Assembly: GCA_963697335.1 (NCBI GenBank)
Contig: CAVONQ010000008.1
Location: forward strand, 54,487-118,486
Direction: 5' to 3'
Origin: an uncultured cyanobacterium
Lineage (GTDB): Bacteria; Cyanobacteriota; Cyanobacteriia; PCC-6307; Cyanobiaceae
Length of the DNA stretch: 64,000 nucleotides
The translations under genes were made by a program, and so were the position numbers. The notes beneath the pieces were generated by a model. It made no database searches. It had not been told where the DNA came from and worked only from the letters and a program-made list of their open reading frames with translations. Below, in pieces: positions 40,060-51,466 of the stretch (position 1 is the stretch's first letter; the number at the start of each line of letters is the position of its first letter).

Positions 40060-40977
40060 ATGCCGTTGCCCAGTGCGCCGACCAGCCCTTTCGCGCCCCT
40101 GCCCCTGGAGGCCCTGCCACCCCTGCCGCCGCTGCAGCTGGCCGTGGTGGGCCATGTGGAGGTGGTCACGTTTCTGGAGGTGGACAACCTGCCGGCAGCC
40201 GGCGAGATCCAGACGGCTCGCGGCTGTCTGGAGGTGGCCGCCGGCGGCGGCGCGGTGGTGGCGGTGCAGCTGGCCCGGCTGCTGGGGGCCCCAGTGGCGT
40301 TCTTCAGCGCCCTGGGGCGCGACGGGGCGGGCGAGCGGGCCGGGGCGGAGCTGGCTGCCCTGGGGCTCGACCTGCACATCGCCTGGCGTGACGCCCCCAC
40401 CCGGCGGGGGGTGACCTTCGTGGATGGCAGCGGCGAGCGCACGATCACGGTGATCGGCGAGCGTCTCAACCCCATGGGCGCGGATGCGCTGCCTTGGGAT
40501 GACCTCGGCCGCTGCGATGGGGTGTTCGTAACGGCGGCGGATCCGGAGGCCCTGCGGCTCAGCCGCGCCGCCCGGCTGCTGGCTGCCACGCCCCGGGTGC
40601 GCCTGCCGCTGCTCAACCAGGCCGGCGTAGCTCTGGATGCGCTGATCGGCAGTGGCCTCGATCCGGCGGAGCGAGTGGACCCAGGCGCCCTGGTGCCCGC
40701 TCCGGGGTTGCGGATCGCCACGGCGGGAGCCGCCGGCGGGGAGGCCTGGCCCTTCGGTCCCTTCGCAGCCCCCCCGCGTCGGCGACCGGTGCTGGATGCC
40801 TACGGGGCTGGTGACTCCTTCGCCGCGGGGGTGACCGCCGGGTTGGCGGCTGGCTGGAGCGTGGCCGAGGCGATCAGCCTCGGCTGCCATTGCGGCAATG
40901 CCTGCCTCGACGGACGGGGCCCCTACGGCGGCCAGCTGCGGCGCAGCGCCGCCGGCGGTCTTGAGCCCCCCGGTTGA
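40060..40977 (+). CDS. PfkB family carbohydrate kinase
   Basis: AGGGAVVA, GERTI, DAYGAGDSFAAG. Confidence 0.88.
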   Translation: MPLPSAPTSPFAPLPLEALPPLPPLQLAVVGHVEVVTFLEVDNLPAAGEIQTARGCLEVAAGGGAVVAVQLARLLGAPVAFFSALGRDGAGERAGAELAALGLDLHIAWRDAPTRRGVTFVDGSGERTITVIGERLNPMGADALPWDDLGRCDGVFVTAADPEALRLSRAARLLAATPRVRLPLLNQAGVALDALIGSGLDPAERVDPGALVPAPGLRIATAGAAGGEAWPFGPFAAPPRRRPVLDAYGAGDSFAAGVTAGLAAGWSVAEAISLGCHCGNACLDGRGPYGGQLRRSAAGGLEPPG

Positions 40978-41007
40978 AGCGTGGATCCGTACCGGGAGCC
41001 CGGCCCT

Positions 41008-41472
41008 TCAGGGCAGCGCCACCAGCACGCCGCCAAGGGCGATCAGGGCCACCCCCAGCCAGCTGCGCCCGCTCAGTTGCTCGCCGAGCACCAGCACGCC
41101 CAGCAACGCCACCAGCACCACGCTGAGCTTGTCGATCGGGGCCACCCGCGCCAGCGGCCCCAGTTGCAGGGCGCGGAAGTAGCAGAGCCAGGAGATGGCG
41201 GTGGCCAGGCCCGAGAGGCCCAGGGCCACCAGGCTTGCCCGCGGCAGGTCGGCCAGGGACTGGCCCTGCAGCTGGCCGCTGGCCAGCAGGCCCACCGCCA
41301 GGGCGACCACCACCACCAGGGTGCGCAGGAAGGTGGCCAGGTTGGCGTCGATGCCGGCCAGACCAAGCTTGGCCAGCAGGGAGGTGAGGGCGGCGCTCAA
41401 GGCGGCCAGCACTGCCCAGAGTTGCCAGCTGCCCAGCAGGGTCGCCAGCAGTCCGCCACCAGCCGGGGTCAT
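41008..41472 (-). CDS. EamA/DMT family small transporter
   Basis: [39 protein letters not shown]. Confidence 0.88.
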   Translation of the reverse strand: MTPAGGGLLATLLGSWQLWAVLAALSAALTSLLAKLGLAGIDANLATFLRTLVVVVALAVGLLASGQLQGQSLADLPRASLVALGLSGLATAISWLCYFRALQLGPLARVAPIDKLSVVLVALLGVLVLGEQLSGRSWLGVALIALGGVLVALP

Positions 41473-44063
41473 GGCACCAGGTTGACCAGCTTGCCGGGTA
41501 CCACGATCACCCGGCTGGGGGGTTTGCCCTCCAGCCACTTGGCGGCGATGTCGCTGGCCAGGGCGATCCGCTCCAGGGTGGCCCTGTCCGCATCGGCCGG
41601 CACCTCCAGGTTGCCGCGCACCTTGCCCTTCACCTGGATCACCAAGGGAATCGTGTCGCGCACCAGGGCCGTGGCATCCACCTTCGGCCAGGCCTGGACG
41701 TGGATGCTGGCGCCGCCCTCGAGCCGGCTCCAGAGCTCCTCGGCCAGGTGGGGAGCAAAGGGCGCCAGCAGCAGCAGCAGGCTGCCCAGGGCCTCCTGGG
41801 CCACGGCGATGCCGCTGGCTTCCAGATGTTCGGCCATGGCGTTGCTGAGCTTCATCAGCTCGGCGATGGCGGTGTTGAACTGAAAGTCACCGTCGAGGTC
41901 GTCGCTCACCGCCGCGATGGCCGTGTGCACGGCGCGGCGCAGCTCCCGCTCGGCCGGGCTGGGCGTGACCTCGGCGCTGGCGCCGCCCAGCCGCAGGCCC
42001 CTGGCCTGGGCCGTTTCCACCAGCCGCCAGAGGCGCTGCAGAAAGCGGTACTGGCCCTCCACGTCGGCATCGTCCCACTCGAGATCCTTCTCGGGGGGCG
42101 CTTTGAACAGGATGAACATGCGGGCCGTGTCGGCGCCGTAGCGCTCGATCACCCGGGCAGGATCGACGCCGTTGTGCTTCGACTTCGACATCTTTTCGTA
42201 GCAGGTGTCGAGCACCTCGCCGCTGATCGGATCGCGGGGGTCGGTGGGGTCGGCCACATCGGCCGGGGCGATGGTGGTGCCGGTGGTGGGATTCCTGTAG
42301 GTGATGCCCTGCACCATCCCCTGGGTGAGCAGCCGCTGGAAGGGCTCATCGAAGCCCAGCAGGCCGCGATCCCGAAGCACCTTGGTGAAGAAGCGGGCGT
42401 AGAGCAGGTGCAGGATGGCGTGCTCGATGCCGCCCACGTACTGGTCCACCGGCAGCCAGCGGTCCACCGCCTCACGGCTGAAGGGCAGGGAGGTGTTGTG
42501 GGGATCGCTGTAGCGCAGGTAGTACCAGCTGGAGCACATGAACGTGTCCATGGTGTCGGTCTCGCGGCGGGCCGGCTGGCCGCAACAGGGACAGTCCACC
42601 TGCCACCAGCTCTCCAGCTGGGCCAGGGGTGAGCCGCCCTTGCGGCTGATCGCCACATCCCGGGGCAGCTCCACCGGCAACTGCTCGGCCGGCACCGGCA
42701 CCACGCCGCAGCTCTCGCAGTGGATCATCGGGATCGGGCAGCCCCAGTAGCGCTGGCGGGAAATCAGCCAGTCGCGCAGGCGAAACTGCACCTTGCCCTC
42801 ACCCCAGCCCTGCTGCTCGGCGGCGGCGGTGATCGCGGCCTTGGCCTCGGTGCTGGCGAGCCCGGTGAAGGGGCCCGAGTGAATCAGCATGCCTGGCTCG
42901 GTCCAGGCGCCGCCCTCATAGGCATGCTCGTCGCTGCCCTCCGGGATGATCACCTGCAGCACCGGCAGCTCGTACTGCCGTGCGAACACGAAGTCGCGCT
43001 GGTCGTGGGCGGGCACTCCCATCACGGCCCCGGTGCCGTAATCGGCCAGCACGTAGTCGGCGATCCACAGGGGGATCAGGGCGCCACTGGCGGGATTGCG
43101 CACCCGGGCGCCGATGGGGATGCCGCGCTTGGGCCGGTCGTCCGCGGTGCGCTCCAGGTCGCTCTGGCGGCTCACCAGATCGCAGAAGGCCGTCACCGCC
43201 AGCTCCTGCTCGGGGCTGGTGAGGGAGGCCACCAGGGGATGCTCCGGCGCCAGCACCACATAGCTGACGCCGTAGAGGGTGTCCGGCCGCGTGGTGAACA
43301 CGCGGATGCGCTGGTCGGTGTCGCGGCCCTCGGCATCCACCACGGCAAAGCTGAGTTCAGCGCCCGTACTGCGGCCGATCCAGTTGGCCTGCATCGTGCG
43401 CACCCGCTCCGGCCAGCCCGTGAGCTTGGGCAGGTCGTCGAGCAGCTGGTCGGCGTAGGCGGTGATCTTCAGGAACCATTGGCGCAGGCGACGCTTCTCC
43501 ACCAGGGCGCCGGAGCGCCAGGAGCGGCCCTCGCCATCCACCTGTTCGTTGGCGAGCACCGTCTGGTCCACCGGATCCCAGTTCACGGTGGCCTCCTTCT
43601 GATAGGCCAGGCCGGCGGCGTGGAACTGCAGGAACAGCCACTGGGTCCAGCGGTAGTAGTCGGCGTGGCAGGTCGCCACTTCCCGGTCCCAGTCGATCGA
43701 CAGCCCCAGCCGCTGCAGCTGGGTTCGCATGGCGGCGATGTTCCGGTCGGTCCAGGCGCCGGGGTCCACGCCCCGCTCGATTGCCGCGTTCTCCGCCGGA
43801 AGCCCGAAGGCGTCCCAGCCCATCGGATGGAGCACCGCCCGGCCCCGCATGCGCTGCACGCGAGCGATGACATCGGTGATCACGTAGTTGCGCACATGGC
43901 CCATGTGCAGGTTCCCCGAGGGGTAGGGGAACATCGACAGGGCCACGAAGGGCTCAGCCTCGGAGGCTGGGGCCGTTGGCGTGCGGTAGGCCTGCTGCTC
44001 GTTCCAGAACGCCTGCCAGCGCTCTTCGATGACCTGCGGTTGGTAGCGGTTGCTCTCGCTCAC
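41469..44063 (-). CDS. leuS: Leucyl-tRNA synthetase
   Basis: [39 protein letters not shown]. Confidence 0.97.
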   Translation of the reverse strand: MSESNRYQPQVIEERWQAFWNEQQAYRTPTAPASEAEPFVALSMFPYPSGNLHMGHVRNYVITDVIARVQRMRGRAVLHPMGWDAFGLPAENAAIERGVDPGAWTDRNIAAMRTQLQRLGLSIDWDREVATCHADYYRWTQWLFLQFHAAGLAYQKEATVNWDPVDQTVLANEQVDGEGRSWRSGALVEKRRLRQWFLKITAYADQLLDDLPKLTGWPERVRTMQANWIGRSTGAELSFAVVDAEGRDTDQRIRVFTTRPDTLYGVSYVVLAPEHPLVASLTSPEQELAVTAFCDLVSRQSDLERTADDRPKRGIPIGARVRNPASGALIPLWIADYVLADYGTGAVMGVPAHDQRDFVFARQYELPVLQVIIPEGSDEHAYEGGAWTEPGMLIHSGPFTGLASTEAKAAITAAAEQQGWGEGKVQFRLRDWLISRQRYWGCPIPMIHCESCGVVPVPAEQLPVELPRDVAISRKGGSPLAQLESWWQVDCPCCGQPARRETDTMDTFMCSSWYYLRYSDPHNTSLPFSREAVDRWLPVDQYVGGIEHAILHLLYARFFTKVLRDRGLLGFDEPFQRLLTQGMVQGITYRNPTTGTTIAPADVADPTDPRDPISGEVLDTCYEKMSKSKHNGVDPARVIERYGADTARMFILFKAPPEKDLEWDDADVEGQYRFLQRLWRLVETAQARGLRLGGASAEVTPSPAERELRRAVHTAIAAVSDDLDGDFQFNTAIAELMKLSNAMAEHLEASGIAVAQEALGSLLLLLAPFAPHLAEELWSRLEGGASIHVQAWPKVDATALVRDTIPLVIQVKGKVRGNLEVPADADRATLERIALASDIAAKWLEGKPPSRVIVVPGKLVNLVP

Positions 44064-44120
44064 GTCAGCAGGTCGGAATCCCAGGCTGTGATCGTGCCAC
44101 AGGCCTGGGGAGTGCCGATC

Positions 44121-44372
44121 TCAGCCCAGGGAGCGGATCAGGCTCACCTGGTCGCGGTTGATCAGGGTGAGCGGCGGTCCCTCGGGGGGATCGCCGCTCT
44201 GTTGCAGGGCGATGGCGTGGACGTCCTGCCAGCGGATCACCCCCTGCAGCTCCGGTCCGCCGCTGATCTGGATCGCCACGCTCTGGCGGCGACGGATCAG
44301 GTCCTGGATGTGGCGGACGCTCGGCAGGGAGGTGTCGAGAACGCTGGAGCGGTGCTCGAGGAAGCTCTGCAT
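44121..44372 (-). CDS. hfq: Cyanobacterial Hfq-like protein
   Basis: LDTSLPSVRHIQ..I..G.I.WQD..LINR; located between leuS and dapF. Confidence 0.85.
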   Translation of the reverse strand: MQSFLEHRSSVLDTSLPSVRHIQDLIRRRQSVAIQISGGPELQGVIRWQDVHAIALQQSGDPPEGPPLTLINRDQVSLIRSLG

Positions 44373-44403
44373 AGGATTCACTGCAGGCTGGGGAGCTCCC
44401 ATC

Positions 44404-45572
44404 GTGCTGCAGTACAGCAAATACCAAGGGCTGGGAAACGACTTCCTGATGCTCGATGGCCGCGAGGCTGCCAGCAGCGACGACTGCTTCGGGCTGACGC
44501 TGGAACGCGTTCAGCTGCTCTGCGATCGGCGTTTCGGCATCGGCGCCGATGGCCTGATCCTGGCCCTGCCGCCCCGGGAGGGCGGTGAGCTGCGCATGCG
44601 CATCTTCAATGCCGACGGCACCGAGCCGGAGATGTGCGGCAACGGCATCCGCTGCCTGGCCCGCTTCCTGGCCGACAGCGACGGTGACCTTCCGGGCCGC
44701 TCCTGGCAGATCGAAACCCTGGCGGGCCGGATCGTGCCCGAGTTGCAGGCCGACGGCAGCGTGCGAGTGGATATGGGCCCCCCCTTCCTGGAGCCCGACG
44801 CCGTGCCCACCAGCCTGGAGCGCGGCGAGGCCGGCATCCCCGCCGGAATCCTGGAGGCCGCCGGCGAGCGGTTCGCCGTGGGGGCCGCCGGCATGGGCAA
44901 CCCCCACGTGGTGATCCCGGTGCCGGATGTGGAAGCGATCGACCTGGAGCGCTTCGGCGCAGCCCTGGAGGTGCATCCCGCCTTCCCCGCCCGCACCAAC
45001 GTGCATTTCGTGGAAGTGCTCGATCCTGGCCATCTGGTGATGCGGGTGTGGGAGCGCGGCGCCGGTCCCACCCTGGCCTGCGGCACCGGCGCCTGCGCCA
45101 CCCTGGTGGTGTGCCACCGCCTCGGCCTGGCTGACCGTCGCGCCCGGCTCGACCTGCCCGGGGGCCCACTGCTGATCGAGTGGGACTCCGAAACCGACCA
45201 CCTGCTGATGACCGGTCCCGCCGAGGCGGTGTTCGATGCGGTGCTGGCCCCCTCTCTCTGGGACCAGGCCGGCCCCGCCTCGGAGGCCCCAGTCCAGGCC
45301 GCCCCTTCCCAGGCGCAACCTGCTGCTCAGAGCCTCTGGCGGAGTCCGCCGCGGCGCCTGCGGGCCCTGACCAGCCCCCCGCCATCGACTGCGCCACGGT
45401 GTGCACCCAGGGCTGCATTCGGCCCGAGGCCTGCCCCTCCGCCGAGGCCCGGGCCCGGGTGGCCGCCCTGCTCAGCTCCAGTTCCCTCGACGACCTGGTG
45501 AACCTGGCCACCACGTCCCTGGAAGACCGCACCCGCGCCCGCGCCGAGCGCCCTTCCAGCTTCGGCGGCTGA
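44404..45572 (+). CDS. dapF: Diaminopimelate epimerase; Cys-rich C-terminal extension shifted out of frame near 45330 (as-read ORF stops at 45501)
   Basis: KYQGLGNDF, EMCGNG, GNPH, ERGAGPTLACGTG; tail IDCATVCTQGCIRPEACP lies in another frame. Confidence 0.9.
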
Positions 45573-45576
45573 CGCT

Positions 45577-46794
45577 GTGGTGGCTGAGCTGGCACCGCTT
45601 GATCCGGCACCGCTCTATCTCGATGCCTGCGCCACCGCACCGCCGGCGCCGGCGGTGCTGGCGGCCATGGCGGCGGCCCAGCGCACCGCCTGGGCCAACC
45701 CCTCCAGCCTGCACGGCTTCGGGCTGGAGGCCGCCGATTTGCTGGAGCGCTGCCGGCAGCGCATCGCCGCCGGTCTCGGCTGCGGCGCTGACGCCCTCGT
45801 GTTCACCTCGGGGGGCACCGAGGCGATCCACCTGGCCCTGCTCGGTGCGGCGGCCCCTTTGGCGCCGGGGCGCCTGCTGCTCTCGGCGGTGGAGCATCCC
45901 GCCACCGTGGCAGCGGCGGCACGGCTTGAGGAGCAGGGCTGGCAGGTGCAATCGGTGCCGGTGGACCGTGCCGGTCGTCTGGACCTGGCGGTGTTTGAGG
46001 CGCTGCTGGAGCCGCCCACCCGGCTGGTGTCGATCATCTGGGGGCAGAGCGAGGTGGGGACCGTGCAGGCGATCGAGCCCATCGGTGCCCGCTGCCGCGA
46101 GGCCGGCGTGCCCCTGCATGTGGACGCGGTGCAGCTGGTGGGCCACCGGCTGTTTGGCTTCGACCAGCTGCCGATCGATCTGCTCAGTTGCGCCGCCCAC
46201 AAGCTCCAGGGGCCCAGGGGTGTGGGAGCTCTGCTGGTGCGCCCGGGGCTGCCCTTCGCCGCGCCCATGCGGGGCGGCGGCCAGGAGGGTGGCCGCCGCG
46301 GTGGCACTGAGCCCGTGCCCCTCGTGGCCGGATTCGCGACGGCCCTGGAGCTGGCCCTGGAGCGGCTGCGCCAGCATGAAGGCCAGGACCCGCTGGCCGC
46401 CCTGCGCGATCAACTGCTGGATCAGCTGGTGCGGCAGCCCGGGCTGGAGCTCACCGGTGTCGATCCCCGCCAGGCGCCAGAGCAGCGGCTGCCCCACCAC
46501 ATCAGCCTGCTGGCGCGCGGCAGCGGCGGTGAGCCCCTGTCGGGCCGGCAGCTGGTGCGGGCCCTCTGGCGCCATGGCCTGGCCACCAGCAGCGGCTCGG
46601 CCTGCAGCAGTGGATCCACGGCGGCCGGGTCGGCGGCCAGCCCGGTGCTGCGGGCGATGGGCTACTCCGCCGCTGCGGCGGCCGCCGGTGTGCGTCTGAG
46701 CCTGGGACCCTGGCTTGATGCCGCCAGCCTGGAGTCGGTGCCGGCGGCCCTGGCGGCGGCCTGGGGAGAGCTGGATCAGGGGCGCTCTGGTTAA
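45577..46794 (+). CDS. Cysteine desulfurase (IscS/NifS-like)
   Basis: YLDACAT, ANPSSLH, FTSGGTE, AHKLQGP, SSGSACSS. Confidence 0.9.
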   Translation: MVAELAPLDPAPLYLDACATAPPAPAVLAAMAAAQRTAWANPSSLHGFGLEAADLLERCRQRIAAGLGCGADALVFTSGGTEAIHLALLGAAAPLAPGRLLLSAVEHPATVAAAARLEEQGWQVQSVPVDRAGRLDLAVFEALLEPPTRLVSIIWGQSEVGTVQAIEPIGARCREAGVPLHVDAVQLVGHRLFGFDQLPIDLLSCAAHKLQGPRGVGALLVRPGLPFAAPMRGGGQEGGRRGGTEPVPLVAGFATALELALERLRQHEGQDPLAALRDQLLDQLVRQPGLELTGVDPRQAPEQRLPHHISLLARGSGGEPLSGRQLVRALWRHGLATSSGSACSSGSTAAGSAASPVLRAMGYSAAAAAAGVRLSLGPWLDAASLESVPAALAAAWGELDQGRSG

Positions 46795-46834
46795 GGTCGC
46801 CGCACCTCTGGCCCGTGGAACCCCCGGCCTGACC

Positions 46835-47527
46835 ATGCTCCCTGCCGATCTGCGAACAGCCGAGGCCGAGGCCCTGCAAGCGATTCAAGTGGTCCTCCAG
46901 GACGCCAGCAAAGGCCTCTGGACCGCCGAGCTCCGCTTCGAAGGACTGCGGCTGATGCCCGTGGCCCTGCGTTTACTGGCCAGCCTCAGCCAGAGCCGGG
47001 ACGACCTGCGCATGCTGTTCCCCGACGCCGGCGCCACGGCCCTGGCCAAGCGCGACGCCCCTGACCTGGCCCCCCAGCTGGCCAGCCTGCGGGACCAGAT
47101 GCGGCTGCAGCAGGCCGATGGCGGCAGCGAGGGGCTGATCGTGCTGGTGGCACCCACCCCGGCCGACTACGAAGAGGTGGAGCAGGTGTGTGCCCTGCAC
47201 CGGGGGCTGGTGCTGATGCTCAACGGCAGCCTGGAGGACGCTGCGGTGGGGATCGGCAGCGTGGCCCGCGAGCGTCGCAAGGGTTTTCTCTCCGGTTGGC
47301 AGAGTGCCTACGCCCTGATTCCCCTGGGGGATGGAGCCCTGCGACGCGCCTACCCCGCCCCCTGGGAGCTCTACCGCCGCGATCCCGACGGGCATCGCTT
47401 TGTGGCCGATTTTGAGCAGAAACCCGATGGCGAGCAGCGCACCGAGGCTCTGGCGGGGGAGGGGGGCGCCGGCATGGCCGGCAGCCTCAAGGCCCTGGAG
47501 AGCTTCATCGAGGGTCTTCAGAACTGA
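46835..47527 (+). CDS. DUF1995 family protein
   Basis: FPDAGATALAKRD, LNGSLEDAAVGIG..RERRKGF, GAL.RAYP..W. Confidence 0.8.
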   Translation: MLPADLRTAEAEALQAIQVVLQDASKGLWTAELRFEGLRLMPVALRLLASLSQSRDDLRMLFPDAGATALAKRDAPDLAPQLASLRDQMRLQQADGGSEGLIVLVAPTPADYEEVEQVCALHRGLVLMLNGSLEDAAVGIGSVARERRKGFLSGWQSAYALIPLGDGALRRAYPAPWELYRRDPDGHRFVADFEQKPDGEQRTEALAGEGGAGMAGSLKALESFIEGLQN

Positions 47528-47605
47528 ACGCCAGCCCCACGCTCCAGGGGCGACTGGTGCGGGCTGGCCAACGTCTTTACAGTGCGCCAAAAGCCGCGCC
47601 AGTCG

Positions 47606-48136
47606 ATGAGTCCAGAGTCTTCTTCCGCCAGGCCCCGCCGCTGGAGTGTCGTGGATGCCGCCGCCCTCGGGGCGGTGCTGCTCGCCGCCGCTGGCGTGAT
47701 CTGGAGCCCGAAGCTCTCCGGTGCCGTGGCCCAGGCCACCGGCGGTGTGGTGCCCGTGACCGTGCTGGTGGATGTGCGCGGCGTGCCCGTGGCCGACCCC
47801 GCCGGCGTGATCGAGACGGCCCGGGCGGAGGGCAAGGTGGCCATCGTGATTCGCAACCAGCCCCACGGCTCGGTGGCCATCGAGCGCATCCAGCCCCTGC
47901 AGCGGCGGCTGCTGGCCGTGCAGCCCGATGGCTCTGTGGTCACGGCCCCTGATCCCACCGGCCGTGACTTCAGCAGCCTCGATGCCCGCTTCGTGCTCAA
48001 GGCCCAGGGCCGCAAGGCCAGCGGTGGCGTGGTGTTCGGCAACCAGACCGTGAAGGTGGGAGCCCCGATCGAAATCGAGGGCCAGGGCTACCGGTTCAAC
48101 GGCACCGTGACAGGAATTGCCGTCGAGGAGGGCTGA
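47606..48136 (+). CDS. DUF4330 family protein
   Basis: N-terminal TM; IRNQPHG, PDGSV...PDP, GNQTVKVG.PIEIEG..Y. Confidence 0.8.
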   Translation: MSPESSSARPRRWSVVDAAALGAVLLAAAGVIWSPKLSGAVAQATGGVVPVTVLVDVRGVPVADPAGVIETARAEGKVAIVIRNQPHGSVAIERIQPLQRRLLAVQPDGSVVTAPDPTGRDFSSLDARFVLKAQGRKASGGVVFGNQTVKVGAPIEIEGQGYRFNGTVTGIAVEEG

Positions 48137-48137
48137 C

Positions 48138-49451
48138 ATGGCTGCTTTCACCCACCGTCTGAACCGCCTGGTTCCAGGCCTGGCCCTGCCGCTGAGCCTT
48201 GGCCTGCCCCTGGTGGCCAGTGCCACCCAGGCCCAGAGCACGCCGGCGATCAGGGCGTACGAGCTGGAGCCGGCCCCGCTGGCCCAGCTGCCGGCGGCGC
48301 CACCGCCAATCGGCCTGCCGAAGCTCCAGAACCAGGTCAGTTGTCCGGCCCTGCAGCAGCGGGTTCAGAGCGTGCTGGGCAGCGAGGCGGGTGTCTGGAG
48401 CGTCACCATCGCCGATGGCCGAGGCCAGCTGCTGGCCGATGTCAATGGCCTGCGACCGCGGGTGCCCGCCTCCAACGCCAAGCTGGTGAGCACCGCCTAC
48501 GCCCTCGACCGCCTCGGGCCGGACTACCGCCTGGCCACGCGCCTCTGGCGCCTTCCCGATGGCTCCCTGCGGCTCACCGGTGAGGGCGACCCCGACCTGG
48601 CCCTGCCCCAGCTGCAGCGGCTCACGAAACTGGCCATGGGCTCCGGCGGCTCCAGCGGTGAACCAGGCTCGCAGGTGCGCCTGCAGGTGGCCGAGGAACC
48701 CAAGCAGGCCTGGTGGCCCCAGGGCTGGAGCGTCGATGACCGCTACTACGCCTACGGCGCTCCGATCACCCGATTGGCGGTGACCAGCAATGCCATCCAC
48801 GACTCGGTGCTCAACCCACCCTCCCGGCTCCAGACCCTGTTGCAGCGCAGCGCCAGCCAGCAGGGCGGCAGCCTCCAGGTGGTTTTTGTGGCCGCCAACC
48901 CCGTTCCGGGTGAGGCCGTGCTGCTGCACCAGGAGAACTCTGCGCCCATGCACAACCTGCTCAGCCTGGCCAACACCGAGAGCCACAACTTCACCGCTGA
49001 GGTGTTGTTCCGTCAGGCCGCCGGCACCTGGAACCTGGCCCAGGCCCAGCAGCTCGCCACCCAGTGGCTGGCCCAGCAGGGCGTTCCCATGCAGGGCGTG
49101 CGCGTCGCCGATGGCAGTGGTCTGGACCGCACCAATCGCCTCACCAGCCGTTCGCTGACGGCCCTGCTGCTGCGCATGGATCAGCACCCCTACGGCCGCA
49201 ACTACCTGGCCTCGATGGCGGTGGCCGGCCAGCGGGGCACCCTGCGCAACCTCTACAAGGGCACCCCCCTGCAGGGCCAGTTCTTTGGCAAGACGGGCAC
49301 CCTCAGGGGCGTGCGCTCGATCAGTGGCGTTCTGCTCACCAGCAGCGGCCCCCGCTACGTGAGCGCGATCAGCAATGGGGCCGGCAATCCCAACACCACC
49401 ATCGGCCAGGTGCTGCGCCAGGCCCAGCAGACCCAACTCTGCCCGGCCTGA
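48138..49451 (+). CDS. dacB: D-alanyl-D-alanine carboxypeptidase/endopeptidase (PBP4, S13)
   Basis: PASNAK (SxxK), SHN, DGSGL, KTGTL. Confidence 0.9.
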   Translation: MAAFTHRLNRLVPGLALPLSLGLPLVASATQAQSTPAIRAYELEPAPLAQLPAAPPPIGLPKLQNQVSCPALQQRVQSVLGSEAGVWSVTIADGRGQLLADVNGLRPRVPASNAKLVSTAYALDRLGPDYRLATRLWRLPDGSLRLTGEGDPDLALPQLQRLTKLAMGSGGSSGEPGSQVRLQVAEEPKQAWWPQGWSVDDRYYAYGAPITRLAVTSNAIHDSVLNPPSRLQTLLQRSASQQGGSLQVVFVAANPVPGEAVLLHQENSAPMHNLLSLANTESHNFTAEVLFRQAAGTWNLAQAQQLATQWLAQQGVPMQGVRVADGSGLDRTNRLTSRSLTALLLRMDQHPYGRNYLASMAVAGQRGTLRNLYKGTPLQGQFFGKTGTLRGVRSISGVLLTSSGPRYVSAISNGAGNPNTTIGQVLRQAQQTQLCPA

Positions 49452-50354
49452 TCAGCCGGCCAGCTGACCCAGGCGGCTGGCGAGCCGGCGGCGACGGCCA
49501 CCGCCGCCGATGGCGGTGGGTTCGGCCGCTGTGGCTGCAGGGGCTTTCTCCGGCTGCATGTCGGGGGTCTGGAGGCGCACCAACTCGCGCCGACCACTCA
49601 CCACCACCTGGTTGAGCTCCTTCAGCCGGCCTTCCAGCTCACCGAGCACCTGTTCGGCGTAGCGGTTGGCGCCCTCGCTGATGCCGGCGGCCTCCTGGCG
49701 AGTGCGGGCAATGGCGGCGTCGCACTGCTGCTGGGTCTGCTGGCGGAACTGGAGGGCATCGTTGTGGAGTCGCTCAGCTTCAGCCTGGCTTTCGCGCTGA
49801 ATGCGCAGGCCCTCCTGCCGCACCTGCTCCAGCTCGGCCATCGCCTGCTGGCGGTTGCGCTCGTGCTGCTCGATCAGCAACTTGTTGCGCTCAGCCGCCT
49901 CCTGCTCCAGCTGCTGACGCCTGGTGGCGAACTGGTTCTCCATCTGGGCCAGGCGGGTCTGCTGCTCCTGCTCGGCGCTGGCGGCCTGCTGGCGGATCTG
50001 CATCATCAGGTGGTCGCCCTGCTGGCGGGCCTGTTCCCGCATCTCGGCGGCCTGCTTCTCGGCCTCCTGCCGCACGGAGGCGGAGCTGATCAGCTGTTCG
50101 CGCTCCCGCTTGGCCACCGCCACGATCTCCTCAGCCTGCTTGCGCGCCTGGGCAATGAACTCCTCGCGCTGACGCAGCAGTTCCACGGCCTGGGTCAGCT
50201 GGCCGGGCAGGGCCTCCCGCACCGCGTCGATCACTTCGATCGCGTCCTGCTCGTTCACCAGGCGCCCACCACTGAAGGGCACCCGGGTGCCTTCGAGCAG
50301 CAGATCCTCGATCTGGTCGATCTGATCGAGCACCGTGATACTGGCTTCAGCCAT
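49452..50354 (-). CDS. DivIVA-like coiled-coil cell division protein (Cdv3-like)
   Basis: LEG.RVPFSG.RLV, long coiled coil, [10 protein letters not shown]; coupled downstream of coaD. Confidence 0.75.
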   Translation of the reverse strand: MAEASITVLDQIDQIEDLLLEGTRVPFSGGRLVNEQDAIEVIDAVREALPGQLTQAVELLRQREEFIAQARKQAEEIVAVAKREREQLISSASVRQEAEKQAAEMREQARQQGDHLMMQIRQQAASAEQEQQTRLAQMENQFATRRQQLEQEAAERNKLLIEQHERNRQQAMAELEQVRQEGLRIQRESQAEAERLHNDALQFRQQTQQQCDAAIARTRQEAAGISEGANRYAEQVLGELEGRLKELNQVVVSGRRELVRLQTPDMQPEKAPAATAAEPTAIGGGGRRRRLASRLGQLAG

Positions 50355-50850
50355 GGCTGGACGTCCCTCTTTTCGTCCGATTAAAAAGCCTGGAGAGGTC
50401 TTGTGCCACTCCAGGCGGCACCATGTGCTGCACATCCCCGCCGAAGCGGGCCACCTCCTTCACCACGGAACTGCTCAGAAAGCTGTGGTGCACGGCCGTG
50501 GCGAGGAACAGCGTCTCCACGCGGGACTCGAGGCTCTGGTTGGTGTGGGCGATCTGCAGCTCGAATTCGAAGTCGCTCATGGCCCGCAGGCCCCGCAGGA
50601 TCACCTGGGCATCGTTCAGAAGGGCGCACTCCACCGTGAGGCCATCGAAGCTGCCCACCTCAACGCCGCTGAGCCCGGCCGTGGCGGTGCTGATCTGCTC
50701 CAGCCGCTGCTCGAGGGGAAAGGCCGGCTGCTTGCCGGGGTTCTGGAGCACGGCCACCACCACGCCATCGAACAGGCGGCTGGCCCGCTCGATCAGATCG
50801 AGGTGGCCGAGGGTGAGGGGGTCGAAGCTGCCGGGGTAGAGGGCGCGCAT
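50347..50850 (-). CDS. coaD: Phosphopantetheine adenylyltransferase
   Basis: [31 protein letters not shown]. Confidence 0.96.
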   Translation of the reverse strand: MRALYPGSFDPLTLGHLDLIERASRLFDGVVVAVLQNPGKQPAFPLEQRLEQISTATAGLSGVEVGSFDGLTVECALLNDAQVILRGLRAMSDFEFELQIAHTNQSLESRVETLFLATAVHHSFLSSSVVKEVARFGGDVQHMVPPGVAQDLSRLFNRTKRGTSSHG

Positions 50851-50949
50851 CCGCTCAGCCTATGGGTGAGGCCCGCTCCATGCCTGGCCCGGCCGGGTTT
50901 CTAGAGTTGGGGTCGTTCCAGGCGCCCCCCTCGGGGCCTCTCCCCCGCC

Positions 50950-51441
50950 ATGCCCACCTCCACCCTCAACGCCGAAGCCAAGAAGACCCTGCTGCGCAAG
51001 ATCCCCCACGGGGTGTTCATCTGCGGGGTGGCCGAGGGGGAGGAGGTGAATGGCTTCACGGCCAGCTGGGTGACCCAGGGCTCGTTCGAGCCCCCCCTGG
51101 TGGTGATGGCCGTTCGGGCCGACAGCGCCAGCAACGGCATGATCCAGCGCACGGGCAAGTTCGCCCTCAACGTGCTCGCCGCCGACCAGAAGGATCTGGC
51201 GGCCGTGTTCTTCAAGCCCCAGAAGGGGGTGGGTGGTCGCTTCGATGCCGCCCCTTTCCAGCTGGGCGAGCTGGGCCTGCCGATCCTCGATAGCGCCCTG
51301 GGTGCCGTGGAGTGCGAGCTGGTGGGCCAGGTGGCCCTGGGCGACCACACCGTGTTCGTGGGGGAGGTGAAGGCGGCCACCCTGCACCGTGATGGCGATG
51401 CCCTGGAGCTGGGCAGCACGGGCTGGAAGTACGGCGGTTGA
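50950..51441 (+). CDS. Flavin reductase-like protein
   Basis: [29 protein letters not shown]. Confidence 0.88.
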   Translation: MPTSTLNAEAKKTLLRKIPHGVFICGVAEGEEVNGFTASWVTQGSFEPPLVVMAVRADSASNGMIQRTGKFALNVLAADQKDLAAVFFKPQKGVGGRFDAAPFQLGELGLPILDSALGAVECELVGQVALGDHTVFVGEVKAATLHRDGDALELGSTGWKYGG

Positions 51442-51466
51442 GGCGGTCGCCACGGCGGCTGCGGCG

